IMG/VR virus record: IMGVR_UViG_3300017917_003446
Location: 1 to 64,000 of that record
Length of the DNA stretch: 64,000 bases
Source of the DNA: a virus
Direction: 5' to 3' (one strand)
Shown here: in pieces, positions 1 to 7,773 of the stretch
Layout: each line of letters begins with the position of its first letter
Numbering within the stretch: the first letter of the stretch is position 1
Translations under genes and position numbers: made by a program
The notes under the pieces: generated by a model
What the model was told of the DNA's origin: nothing
Seen by the model: only the letters and a program-made list of their open reading frames with translations
The model's database searches: none

Positions 1-66
1 AGTATATTGCACTTCACTGATAAGGAAGACTGGTCGGCTGTATTCAACTGGCTAGTGCAGTATACT
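1..66 (+). other. Branched hairpin, probable intervening segment of the permuted tmRNA precursor
   Basis: AGTATATTGCAC (1-12) pairs with GTGCAGTATACT (55-66); inner stems CTTC/GAAG and ACTGGTCGG/CTGGCTAGT; ends 6 nt before the tmRNA 5' end. Confidence 0.6.
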
Positions 67-72
67 TCTGAT

Positions 73-270
73 GGGCCAGACATGGTTTCGACGGGGCAAA
101 TAGTAAGTAAGTGGACAACTCGGCAATGCTAAAGCCGTAGGGTTAGGACTACCTGGCCGAAGAAGCAACGCAAATAGACGCAAACGACGACTATTTTTAT
201 CAGGACCTTAAGCTAGCCGCTTAAACCTGACGGGGTTTTGGCAGTTCACCTTGTTACCAAACGAACTGCC
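73..270 (+). ncRNA. ssrA: tmRNA, coding piece of a probably permuted (two-piece) gene; tag ANDDYFYQDLKLAA (180-224)
   Basis: 5' end GGGCCAG-ACATGGTTTCGAC-GGGG; resume context ATAGAC|GCA AAC GAC; tag ends LAA-TAA; terminal pseudoknot 231-236/248-253 and 240-247/263-270; no T-arm or CCA downstream. Confidence 0.9.
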
Positions 271-290
271 TCACACACAAAGGAGATTTA

Positions 291-839
291 ATGAAAAAGA
301 CAATTTTAGCTCTCGCTTTAGCAACTGCTGCATCAGTATCACAAGCAGCCAATTATGTAAGTTTTGATGTAGATCAAGTTACTGATACTCGCCAAAAAGG
401 TCGCCCTGAAAGTACAGCACAGTATTTCCGTGCAGGAAAAGATATGGTAGGTCTAAACTGGGATATGCAAGTACGTACAGCAGTTTTTGATAAAGGCGGA
501 ATGCTTAATAGTGTCGAAGTTACTGCAGGTAAAAATATCGCCGGTGTAAATGCTTTTGGTGGAGTAGGTTACGACAATGGATTCAATGGTAAAGTCAACG
601 GTGATTTTACTTACGGTTTAGTTGGTCTTAAGGCGGGCGCACCTATTGGTCCACTATATGCTTTTACTGGTGTAAAGACTCGTGTTAATTGGGATAATGA
701 TAATCCTAAACAAACAGTAACATGGCTTGGAGCAAGTATGCCCCTTACGAAAACAGTAAGCGTAAGTGGTAGTGTAAGCCGTTCACTACAGACAATTGAA
801 GAAAAAGCAGTTGGCGTAGGTTTAAGAATCGCATATTAA
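291..839 (+). CDS. Outer-membrane beta-barrel protein
   Basis: Signal peptide MKKTILALALATAASVSQA; alternating amphipathic strands; C-terminal beta-signal VGVGLRIAY; RBS AGGAGA at 281. Confidence 0.75.
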   Translation: MKKTILALALATAASVSQAANYVSFDVDQVTDTRQKGRPESTAQYFRAGKDMVGLNWDMQVRTAVFDKGGMLNSVEVTAGKNIAGVNAFGGVGYDNGFNGKVNGDFTYGLVGLKAGAPIGPLYAFTGVKTRVNWDNDNPKQTVTWLGASMPLTKTVSVSGSVSRSLQTIEEKAVGVGLRIAY

Positions 840-842
840 AAC

Positions 843-871
843 TAAGGTTCGGTGGAACCTTATAATCCACC
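843..871 (+). promoter_or_regulatory. Predicted H-type pseudoknot
   Basis: TAAGGTT (843-849)/AACCTTA (856-862) crossed by GGTGG (851-855)/CCACC (867-871). Confidence 0.5.
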
Positions 872-902
872 ATTTTTACACACAAACACAAGGAGAATTA
901 AA

Positions 903-1172
903 ATGTCAAATATGACACCTTTTGAAATTAGACTTGAGCTACTAAAAATGGCTCAGACAATGCTTGAACAAGATTATTATGGTAAACGTGAATCTATTAG
1001 CAATGATTGGCAAGTCAAAGTAGATAATGCCAGACATGCTGGTCAACTTCCTCCAGATCATCCTGGATTCCCACCTTACCCTACAGAAGCAGATATTATT
1101 TCCAAAGCAAATACGCTTAATGGTTTTGTATCTCAACTTCCACAGGCCTTAGAAAAAACTTCTAAGAAATAA
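903..1172 (+). CDS. Hypothetical protein (MSNMTPFEIRLELL...)
   Basis: AGGAGA RBS at 891 supports ATG 903 over GTG 852. Confidence 0.75.
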   Translation: MSNMTPFEIRLELLKMAQTMLEQDYYGKRESISNDWQVKVDNARHAGQLPPDHPGFPPYPTEADIISKANTLNGFVSQLPQALEKTSKK

Positions 1173-1177
1173 TTTAC

Positions 1178-1192
1178 GGGGGCTCTGCCCCC
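1178..1192 (+). terminator. GC hairpin, possible weak terminator or processing site
   Basis: GGGGGC-TCT-GCCCCC just after the stop codon; no long U tract. Confidence 0.4.
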
Positions 1193-1204
1193 TTAGGAAT
1201 ATAA

Positions 1205-1738
1205 ATGGACAAGTTACTAAAGATTTTCTTAGTATGCTTTGCTGCAGTTATATTAGGTAATTTTTTCAATAAGTTTGTTGAATATAAACTTGAATCATTA
1301 AAGAATAATGCTAAAGTTCAAACCAAATATACTACAATGGCAGAACGTGAAAAACAACTTGAATGCTTGGCTTATAACATTTACTATGAAGCAGCTAAAG
1401 AATCGTTTGAAGGTAAAGTAGCAGTAGCGCAAGTCACTTTAAATAGAGCAGCATCTGGATTATTTCCAAGTGACGTTTGTAAGGTAGTTTATCAAAAGAA
1501 TGTTTTTATGGAGAAAGTGGTATGCCAATTTAGTTGGTATTGTGAAGCGGTAACTAGAAAAAAACCTTTACATCAAGAAGCATTTGATGAATGCTACGGT
1601 GTAGCTAAAAAGGTTCTTCTTGAGGGTTTTAGATTAGAATCACTTGAAGAGGCAATGTATTATCATGCAAACTATGTTAATCCGAAATGGAATAAACAAA
1701 AGATCGCAACTATCGGCAACCACATCTTCTACAAGTAA
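1205..1738 (+). CDS. Cell-wall hydrolase, SleB/Hydrolase_2 family, with N-terminal membrane anchor
   Basis: CLAYNIYYEA...GKVAVAQVTLNR...CKVVYQ...QFSW...YYHA...IGNHIFY. Confidence 0.9.
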   Translation: MDKLLKIFLVCFAAVILGNFFNKFVEYKLESLKNNAKVQTKYTTMAEREKQLECLAYNIYYEAAKESFEGKVAVAQVTLNRAASGLFPSDVCKVVYQKNVFMEKVVCQFSWYCEAVTRKKPLHQEAFDECYGVAKKVLLEGFRLESLEEAMYYHANYVNPKWNKQKIATIGNHIFYK

Positions 1739-1739
1739 A

Positions 1740-2087
1740 ATGAAAAACTTAATAGGCAAACTAAAAGAATCAAGTTCTAATATCACTTTATTCGACTTAC
1801 AAAAGGTGATACAATTTTTTAGAACTCACGTAACAGCTGCAACTGCAGAAACAATTACTTGGGTAGCAATAATTTTAATTCATGCATCTATTGTTCCTAC
1901 AATGATTGCATTGATGGCGGGATTGTCTGATAAGACGCCCCCTATTGATTTGGTGTTGTTTATTTGGGGAGGATTATCTTTATTGTTTATTCGTGCGGCA
2001 ATTTTAAAGGATATGCTTAACGTGATTACTATTGGATGTGGATTTTTAGCACATGCTATTATGCTAGCTTTGGTATTATTTAAATGA
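1740..2087 (+). CDS. Small three-TM membrane protein
   Basis: Three hydrophobic segments; ATG 1740 immediately after the hydrolase stop. Confidence 0.65.
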   Translation: MKNLIGKLKESSSNITLFDLQKVIQFFRTHVTAATAETITWVAIILIHASIVPTMIALMAGLSDKTPPIDLVLFIWGGLSLLFIRAAILKDMLNVITIGCGFLAHAIMLALVLFK

Positions 2088-2347
2088 TAGAAGAATTTAA
2101 TAAATTAACTGATGGCATCATAATAACTAAGAGATTTAGATCAGCGAATGAGTTTTCTTTACACATAGAAGAAAAGGTAGCTAAAGAGAGAATCGGTTAT
2201 ATGGATGCTATTATAGATTATTGTAATACTATTGACATTGATGTTTCTTCAGTTGCTTCTTTAGTAAATCAGTCTCTAAAAGACAAAATTCAAATAGAAG
2301 CGGAAGAAGCTAATTTATTAAAACGAAGGGGTAAATTACCTATATGA
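2084..2347 (+). CDS. gp33: Late transcription coactivator
   Basis: YMDAIIDYC...LKDKIQIEAEEANLL...LPI; gp33-59-32 synteny. Confidence 0.88.
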   Translation: MIEEFNKLTDGIIITKRFRSANEFSLHIEEKVAKERIGYMDAIIDYCNTIDIDVSSVASLVNQSLKDKIQIEAEEANLLKRRGKLPI

Positions 2348-2970
2348 TTGTAATGGACGCATTTGAAGTTTATAAGTATTACTTGGCATTGAAGTTACAT
2401 TTTACAACAGACAAATATGATGTTATTGAACAGAAAGGAAAAGTTAGAGCAACAAGACAGGCATTTTCAAAAAGAAAAGATTTATATGCTATAAACAAAG
2501 TTGCCAAAACTTATACAGATGAAGAAGTCGCTAATTTTCTTATTGCTAATTTCGTTTCTGGAGATCGTTGGGGCGGTGTATTCGACACTGAAGCGAGAGA
2601 GACCTATATTCTATGGAAGAAAAGAGTAGAAGGATTGACTTATAACTTCACTCAAGATTTGGAAAAGCTTTTGGAAGAATTAGATGAAAGCAAAAAGCAG
2701 TTTGGAGATCTATTCAATTGTTCAAAAGGCGAACATCCATATATAATTAAGGCATATTTAAGAAAAAGCATAACAATAGAAACATTAGTAATTTTGGAGA
2801 AAATTTATGGATTGGTTAACAAATTTGACAGAGAAATTACTGACACTATTGTTTGGCCTGATATATCAAGACTTATTAAAAAGTATAGACCGTTCCTTGT
2901 AATAGATAAGGATAAATTTAATGAAATTATTAGACGACGAGTTGGATATGACGAGTCAAAGACTGACTAA
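2344..2970 (+). CDS. gp59: Helicase loader
   Basis: YLALKLHFT..KYD; HPYIIKAYLRKSITIETLVIL; KKYRPFL. Confidence 0.92.
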   Translation: MIVMDAFEVYKYYLALKLHFTTDKYDVIEQKGKVRATRQAFSKRKDLYAINKVAKTYTDEEVANFLIANFVSGDRWGGVFDTEARETYILWKKRVEGLTYNFTQDLEKLLEELDESKKQFGDLFNCSKGEHPYIIKAYLRKSITIETLVILEKIYGLVNKFDREITDTIVWPDISRLIKKYRPFLVIDKDKFNEIIRRRVGYDESKTD

Positions 2971-3160
2971 CATAGAAACAGAGCTGATTCATATAAATGA
3001 ACAAATCAATGCTATGGTGGAAAGCCTAAATACGCAAATGGAATCAATAAAAGAAACACAAAGGTATTTGATAAAGCTTGCTAGAAATCAACAGGAACTA
3101 ACCAAAAGAATTTCAGCATGGCCATATATTGTGGTTAATAACAGAGACGAGGAAGTTTAA
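2921..3160 (+). CDS. Hypothetical coiled-coil protein (start may be 2948)
   Basis: Heptad pattern; fills the gap in the operon. Confidence 0.6.
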   Translation: MKLLDDELDMTSQRLTNIETELIHINEQINAMVESLNTQMESIKETQRYLIKLARNQQELTKRISAWPYIVVNNRDEEV

Positions 3161-3167
3161 AATTCAT

Positions 3168-3353
3168 ATGGGTGACACAAGACGTTTTGATGATTATGAT
3201 CGTGAAAAAAGATTACAAAAGATCAAATCTTCCAAAAATAAGCTAGACAAGCATCGAAAATTAATATATAATGTAGTATCATCGAGAAAAGATGATGCGG
3301 AATTTGATGATCTTCTTGAGTATGATACTTACACAAAAATCAAACGACGCTAA
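3168..3353 (+). CDS. Small basic hypothetical protein
   Basis: ATG 3168 follows the previous stop; typical small ORF ahead of gp32. Confidence 0.55.
   Translation: MGDTRRFDDYDREKRLQKIKSSKNKLDKHRKLIYNVVSSRKDDAEFDDLLEYDTYTKIKRR
3244..3272 (+). promoter_or_regulatory. Sigma70-type early promoter for gp32
   Basis: TAGACA-N17-TATAAT. Confidence 0.7.
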
Positions 3354-3387
3354 TATTTTTATACAACGCTAATACGGAGTAACACAA

Positions 3388-4308
3388 ATGGCATTTACAT
3401 CTCTATCTGATCTTCGCAAATCTCGTGGTGGTTTTGATACACTTATGAAAGAGGTTGAGAAGATTTCCAATCCCCAATCTGAAGCAAAAGGCGATGATCG
3501 CTTTTGGGTTCCTGCGGTAGATAAGGCAGGCAACGGTTATGCGGTTATTCGTTTTCTTGCACCTCCTAAAGGTGAAGAACTTCCTTGGGTTCGTATTTGG
3601 TCTCATGGTTTTCAAGGTCCATCTGGTAAATGGTACATTGAAAATTCTTTGACGACCATTGGTCAACCTGACCCTGTTTCCGAGCTTAATACTAAACTAT
3701 GGAATAGTGGTAGTGAGGCAGACAAAGAAACAGCTCGTAAGCAAAAGCGCAAACTTAATTATATTACTAATATTCTAGTAATTAAGGATGCTGCAAATCC
3801 TGAGAATGAAGGTAAAGTTTTCTTATTTAGATTTGGTAAGAAAATTTTCGACAAGATTAAAGATGTTTCTCAACCACAATTCGAAGATGAGAAACCTATT
3901 AACCCATTTGACTTCTGGGAAGGAGCAAACTTCAAACTTAAGATTCGTAATGTTGAGGGTTATCGTAATTATGATAAATCTGAGTTTGATTCTCCTAGCC
4001 CAGTAGCAGATAACGATGATCGTATCGAGGCAATCTGGAATAAGCAATTCTCGCTTACAGAATTTCTTGATACTAAACACTTTAAGACATATGACTTCCT
4101 TAAGCAAAAATTGGAAGCAGTATTATCTGGTACTACAGCTGCAGCTGCACGTAGAGCTGAGGAAGTAGACTTAGAAGATAATGTGGTACATACACCTAAA
4201 GCGCAAGTTGTATCTAAACCTGTAGCTAAGGCACCACCTAAAGAAGTAGATTTTGATGACGATGAAGAATCGTTATCATACTTTGCCAAATTGGCAAATG
4301 AAGACTGA
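3388..4308 (+). CDS. gp32: Single-stranded DNA-binding protein
   Basis: DDRFW...GNGYAVIRFL...HGFQGPSGKWYIENSLTT...GANFKLKIR...NYDKSEF; acidic tail. Confidence 0.97.
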   Translation: MAFTSLSDLRKSRGGFDTLMKEVEKISNPQSEAKGDDRFWVPAVDKAGNGYAVIRFLAPPKGEELPWVRIWSHGFQGPSGKWYIENSLTTIGQPDPVSELNTKLWNSGSEADKETARKQKRKLNYITNILVIKDAANPENEGKVFLFRFGKKIFDKIKDVSQPQFEDEKPINPFDFWEGANFKLKIRNVEGYRNYDKSEFDSPSPVADNDDRIEAIWNKQFSLTEFLDTKHFKTYDFLKQKLEAVLSGTTAAAARRAEEVDLEDNVVHTPKAQVVSKPVAKAPPKEVDFDDDEESLSYFAKLANED

Positions 4309-4408
4309 TAGCTAGTCCAAGCTGTATGCGAGTATCCGTCTGACTAATTCAGATCATGAATCGCTAAGGATGACGACCTATTTTTTAAAACTTTAAAAGG
4401 AAACTTTT

Positions 4409-4636
4409 ATGAAAACTTTAATTGCACTTTTCGCAGCACTTGGTCTTGTTACTGGAGTTTATGCAGCTGACGCTAAGAAAGAGGAGCCAAAGAAGGATGC
4501 TCCAAAGGCAGAAGCAAAGAAAGAAGAACCCGTTAAGCCAAAGGTTAAGCCTGTTGGTAAAGACGGTAAGCCAGTAGAAGAAAAGAAAGAGGAGCCAAAG
4601 AAGGATGCTCCTAAACCTGATCCTGCTAAGAAGTAA
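4409..4636 (+). CDS. Secreted low-complexity K/E/P/A-rich protein
   Basis: Signal peptide ending VYA-A; duplicated KKEEPKKDAPK. Confidence 0.75.
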   Translation: MKTLIALFAALGLVTGVYAADAKKEEPKKDAPKAEAKKEEPVKPKVKPVGKDGKPVEEKKEEPKKDAPKPDPAKK

Positions 4637-4648
4637 TTAGCAATCAAC

Positions 4649-4676
4649 AAAAAAGGGAGCTAGGCTCCCTTTTTTT
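4649..4676. terminator. Bidirectional intrinsic terminator
   Basis: AAAAAAGGGAGC-TAG-GCTCCCTTTTTTT between convergent genes. Confidence 0.9.
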
Positions 4677-6285
4677 ATGCAAACGCAGAAACTCGATCTA
4701 CGTATCGTTCTAAAGCTGAGCTCATAGCACTTCTTGGCTGTGCTTTAATGGGTGAAAGTGTTTGAGTATTATTTGTTTGAACTGTATTGGAAACTATAGG
4801 TGGTGCTACTACAGGTGCAGATGATTGTCTTTTAAGTTCTTCATTGTCCCTGCTTAATTCGGATACAGGTGTTACTATATCTTTTTTATCTGCAGGTGAA
4901 ACTTTATTAGAAGCTTCCTGCTTTTGTTTACTATACTGTGCTTCCACTGCTGGCGGGTATTGTTTATTGCCCATAGATTTAGCCATGTCAATGGCAGACA
5001 TCTGTTTTTCAGATAATGGTTGCCCTTCTAAAAATGGTTCGTCCGCTATTCTTATTCCTTTAACTTCCTTTTTACCCGGTGTTATAGCTTCTGATGCTGG
5101 GATCTCATCTTTTTTTCCAAATCCGAAAAATGAACCTATAGCACTACCGGCCTTTTGAATCCCTTGCGCTGCTGTTTTTTCACTTAATAATCCGAAAGTA
5201 GCCCCTGAAGCTATACCACCTAAAGTGGAAGAGATTTTTTGCCCTACTGTAGCTTTCTCTCCTTCTTTTATATCAAAATTTGTTTCAGTATTTTGAAATC
5301 CTTCGAAACCACTGTAAGCTGCTCCTGCTAAAGCAGCAGCAGGGCCTAAAACTCTAGCAGCCTTTCCCGCCATACCTAAAAATTTACTTACTTTTCCTCC
5401 AGGTTTATCTGAAGTTTTACCTGCAGATCCTGCTAGATCTCCTGCAATATCTAAACCTGTTTTAGCTAAATCAGCTATACCCGGTCCACCTGCAGCTGTA
5501 GCTTCACTTGTAGATTTTATTTCTTCTGGATTGATAACTTTAACTAATACTCCATCACTAAGAACAGCTTTTCTTATACTAGCAATATCATCTACAAGCT
5601 TTGACGGAATCATACCAGACTGAAGAGCAGATTCGACTTTCTTAGGACCTTCAAGTAAAAGAGGTGCAGATGATCTATTTTTAGTTTTATTCTCTAATAA
5701 AGGTGTTTTAGATTGTACCGGGGTTACGTCTATTACGTCATCATATTGCTTTTTCTTAGGCCCCTCTAGCATAAGCGGTGCTATAGGTTTTGGCGCTTCT
5801 AATAAAGGTATCTCGGGATATACCTGACGCATTTCACCTTTGCCTTCAAATTTAGGCGTAGGTACTTTTTCTTCTAATGATAATAATTTTGGTTGTTCTA
5901 AAACTTCAGGTTTTAAGGTTTTATCTTTTATTTCAACTAAGGGCTTTCCTTCAATTTTTGGCATAGCTTTTTTGCCAAAGAAAAATTCTTTATATTCTTC
6001 TAATCTTTTTCCGAACCCTATGGCAAATTCTTTAAAAAAATTTGGTTTCAATCCCGTATCGTCTTCATCCTCTTTATCTTTTTTAGGTTTTTTTAATTTT
6101 CCTAAACCTTTTGAAATAGAGGTAAGTTCAATCTTGTCAATTAAATCTCTAAGTAAAGCATTATTGTCTTTTAATACGTCGAGTATTTTTTCGTCAGTTT
6201 TGACAATGTCATCAGTTTCTTTTTTAAATACTCGACGTAGTTCTAGGAACTCAACATTCTGTAGTGTTTGTTGAGAGATTGCCAT
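4675..6285 (-). CDS. Probable baseplate hub/tape-measure protein (gp29-like)
   Basis: Helical N-terminus, Gly/Ala-rich hydrophobic middle, N/T-rich C-terminus; lies downstream of gp26/gp51. Confidence 0.55.
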   Translation of the reverse strand: MAISQQTLQNVEFLELRRVFKKETDDIVKTDEKILDVLKDNNALLRDLIDKIELTSISKGLGKLKKPKKDKEDEDDTGLKPNFFKEFAIGFGKRLEEYKEFFFGKKAMPKIEGKPLVEIKDKTLKPEVLEQPKLLSLEEKVPTPKFEGKGEMRQVYPEIPLLEAPKPIAPLMLEGPKKKQYDDVIDVTPVQSKTPLLENKTKNRSSAPLLLEGPKKVESALQSGMIPSKLVDDIASIRKAVLSDGVLVKVINPEEIKSTSEATAAGGPGIADLAKTGLDIAGDLAGSAGKTSDKPGGKVSKFLGMAGKAARVLGPAAALAGAAYSGFEGFQNTETNFDIKEGEKATVGQKISSTLGGIASGATFGLLSEKTAAQGIQKAGSAIGSFFGFGKKDEIPASEAITPGKKEVKGIRIADEPFLEGQPLSEKQMSAIDMAKSMGNKQYPPAVEAQYSKQKQEASNKVSPADKKDIVTPVSELSRDNEELKRQSSAPVVAPPIVSNTVQTNNTQTLSPIKAQPRSAMSSALERYVDRVSAFA

Positions 6286-6288
6286 TTA

Positions 6289-6861
6289 TTATACTGGTCT
6301 TCTTACTATTGGTCTAATGGATGTTCCGTCACTTGGAGGTGCATCCATTATTGGTTGGGACAAAGGTACACTTGGATTAGGATCAGCATATGCCATTGGT
6401 TGTGATACTGGCATAGGTGCTGCTGTTATTGCTTGTGGTCTTGGCGCACTAAGTGTTGTACCTGGTGCTGGGGGCGGAGGAGCAGAACTTAGTGTGGGAG
6501 TTGGAACATTACCTGCTGCACCTGCTATCTTTTCCTGTGTGCGACCAAATGCACTGACACCAAGAACAGCTCCCATAGCTACGTGAAACAATCCACCGCC
6601 TTGAAGCGTAATAGGTACCCACTGTCTAAACGCATCATTGACTGCTTGCTCTTCCCAGAACTGAACAATAGTAAACATAATAGGAAAAATAGCAAAGTCT
6701 GCTAAACAGCAAACCATATACATCATTGCCATCATTGGACGCCATTTTTTGGTCATCCAATCTTCCTTGTTTTCATTACCGGGCACTAAAGCCGAATCTT
6801 CTTCTTTTTTCTCTTCCACTTTAGGTTCCTCTTTTTTCTTTGTACCAAATTGAAATCCCAT
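6289..6861 (-). CDS. Membrane protein resembling the GTA 3TM holin family, with Pro-rich tail
   Basis: W...WRP motif before TM1; LGVSAFGRTQEK after the last TM. Confidence 0.6.
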   Translation of the reverse strand: MGFQFGTKKKEEPKVEEKKEEDSALVPGNENKEDWMTKKWRPMMAMMYMVCCLADFAIFPIMFTIVQFWEEQAVNDAFRQWVPITLQGGGLFHVAMGAVLGVSAFGRTQEKIAGAAGNVPTPTLSSAPPPPAPGTTLSAPRPQAITAAPMPVSQPMAYADPNPSVPLSQPIMDAPPSDGTSIRPIVRRPV

Positions 6862-6871
6862 TTCAGTTCCT

Positions 6872-7030
6872 TTACATGAATTCTCTATTTTTATTTTGCA
6901 TTCTTATTTTTTCGTTTTCCTCATGTATATACTGTATTAGTAGTGCTATGTAAGTATCTCTTTCCCAGGGTAGCATATCCTCTAATTCTGATAATGAATA
7001 TTTGTGATGATGCATTAAGGCAAAATTCAT
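6872..7030 (-). CDS. gp51: Baseplate hub assembly protein (missing from the ORF track; probably the C-terminal part of a gp26 frameshift product)
   Basis: Hand translation MNFALMHHHKYSLSELEDMLPWERDTYIALLIQYIHEENEKIRMQNKNREFM. Confidence 0.85.
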   Translation of the reverse strand: MNFALMHHHKYSLSELEDMLPWERDTYIALLIQYIHEENEKIRMQNKNREFM

Positions 7031-7065
7031 TTTGTAATAATTTAGTAAATCATCCTGAGAAAGAC

Positions 7066-7761
7066 TTAAACGAAAAAACTTTGAAGGCCCTCCAGTTTTA
7101 CTACATTATGTTTTCCACACTTATCGCAATCTGCTTCAATAGTTTGTTCTAATCTTGGCATAGTAAGAAAAAATTCTTCTACTTTTTCAAATTGTTTTCT
7201 GGTGAAATCATTGACAAACTGCAGAATTTCTTCTTGCGTTTGCTCTGACGAATCCCAATAATTTTTATTATCATAAACACCTTTTATACAATTTATAACC
7301 AATTTTACAATATCATCCTGATCATCATTTTCATATGCTTTCATTACTTCTTCATAGGTAGGGTATCTCATTTCAACGCCTATAGAATCAGTCAATTGTA
7401 TTTTACTATTATGATTTTCTCGTTTTACTACTTTAGCATCTAATAAATTAGCAGTGTGTTCTATTTTATTCCCGCACTCACAGTTAATAATTAAATCTAA
7501 AGTTTCACCTATTGATTTTGCTCTTAACTGTATGAAAATATATTCAATATCAAAATTGGATAAATCTTCAACCTTTAGTTTTTCAAATGTACAAATATTT
7601 ACTAAATCTTTTATTACTCGAAATACCTCTATTTCATTGGCTTCTTTTAAAGTTAAAAGAATTTTATGTTCTTTTACTAGAAAAGGTCTGTATTTAACAG
7701 TTTTCCCAGTAGAAGGAAGTTTTAATTCATAGGTTGGTGTATTTAATTTTGGTAAAGCCAT
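7066..7761 (-). CDS. gp26: Baseplate hub subunit/chaperone
   Basis: MALPKL.TPTY.L.LPSTG...YRPFLVKE; LRAKSIGE; CxC and CxxC; ends LEGLQSFF. Confidence 0.9.
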   Translation of the reverse strand: MALPKLNTPTYELKLPSTGKTVKYRPFLVKEHKILLTLKEANEIEVFRVIKDLVNICTFEKLKVEDLSNFDIEYIFIQLRAKSIGETLDLIINCECGNKIEHTANLLDAKVVKRENHNSKIQLTDSIGVEMRYPTYEEVMKAYENDDQDDIVKLVINCIKGVYDNKNYWDSSEQTQEEILQFVNDFTRKQFEKVEEFFLTMPRLEQTIEADCDKCGKHNVVKLEGLQSFFV

Positions 7762-7773
7762 CGTATATCCTCA

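Noticed and set aside
1-66. Hammerhead ribozyme (CTGATAAG in a three-stem fold)
   Set aside because: Lacks CUGANGA and GAAA cores in the required junction positions
4311-4326. Twister-like GTCCAAGC
   Set aside because: Loop is one nucleotide short and the flanking twister elements are absent
6943-7152. Plus-strand 69-aa ORF
   Set aside because: Antisense to the gp26/gp51 junction, which explains the region
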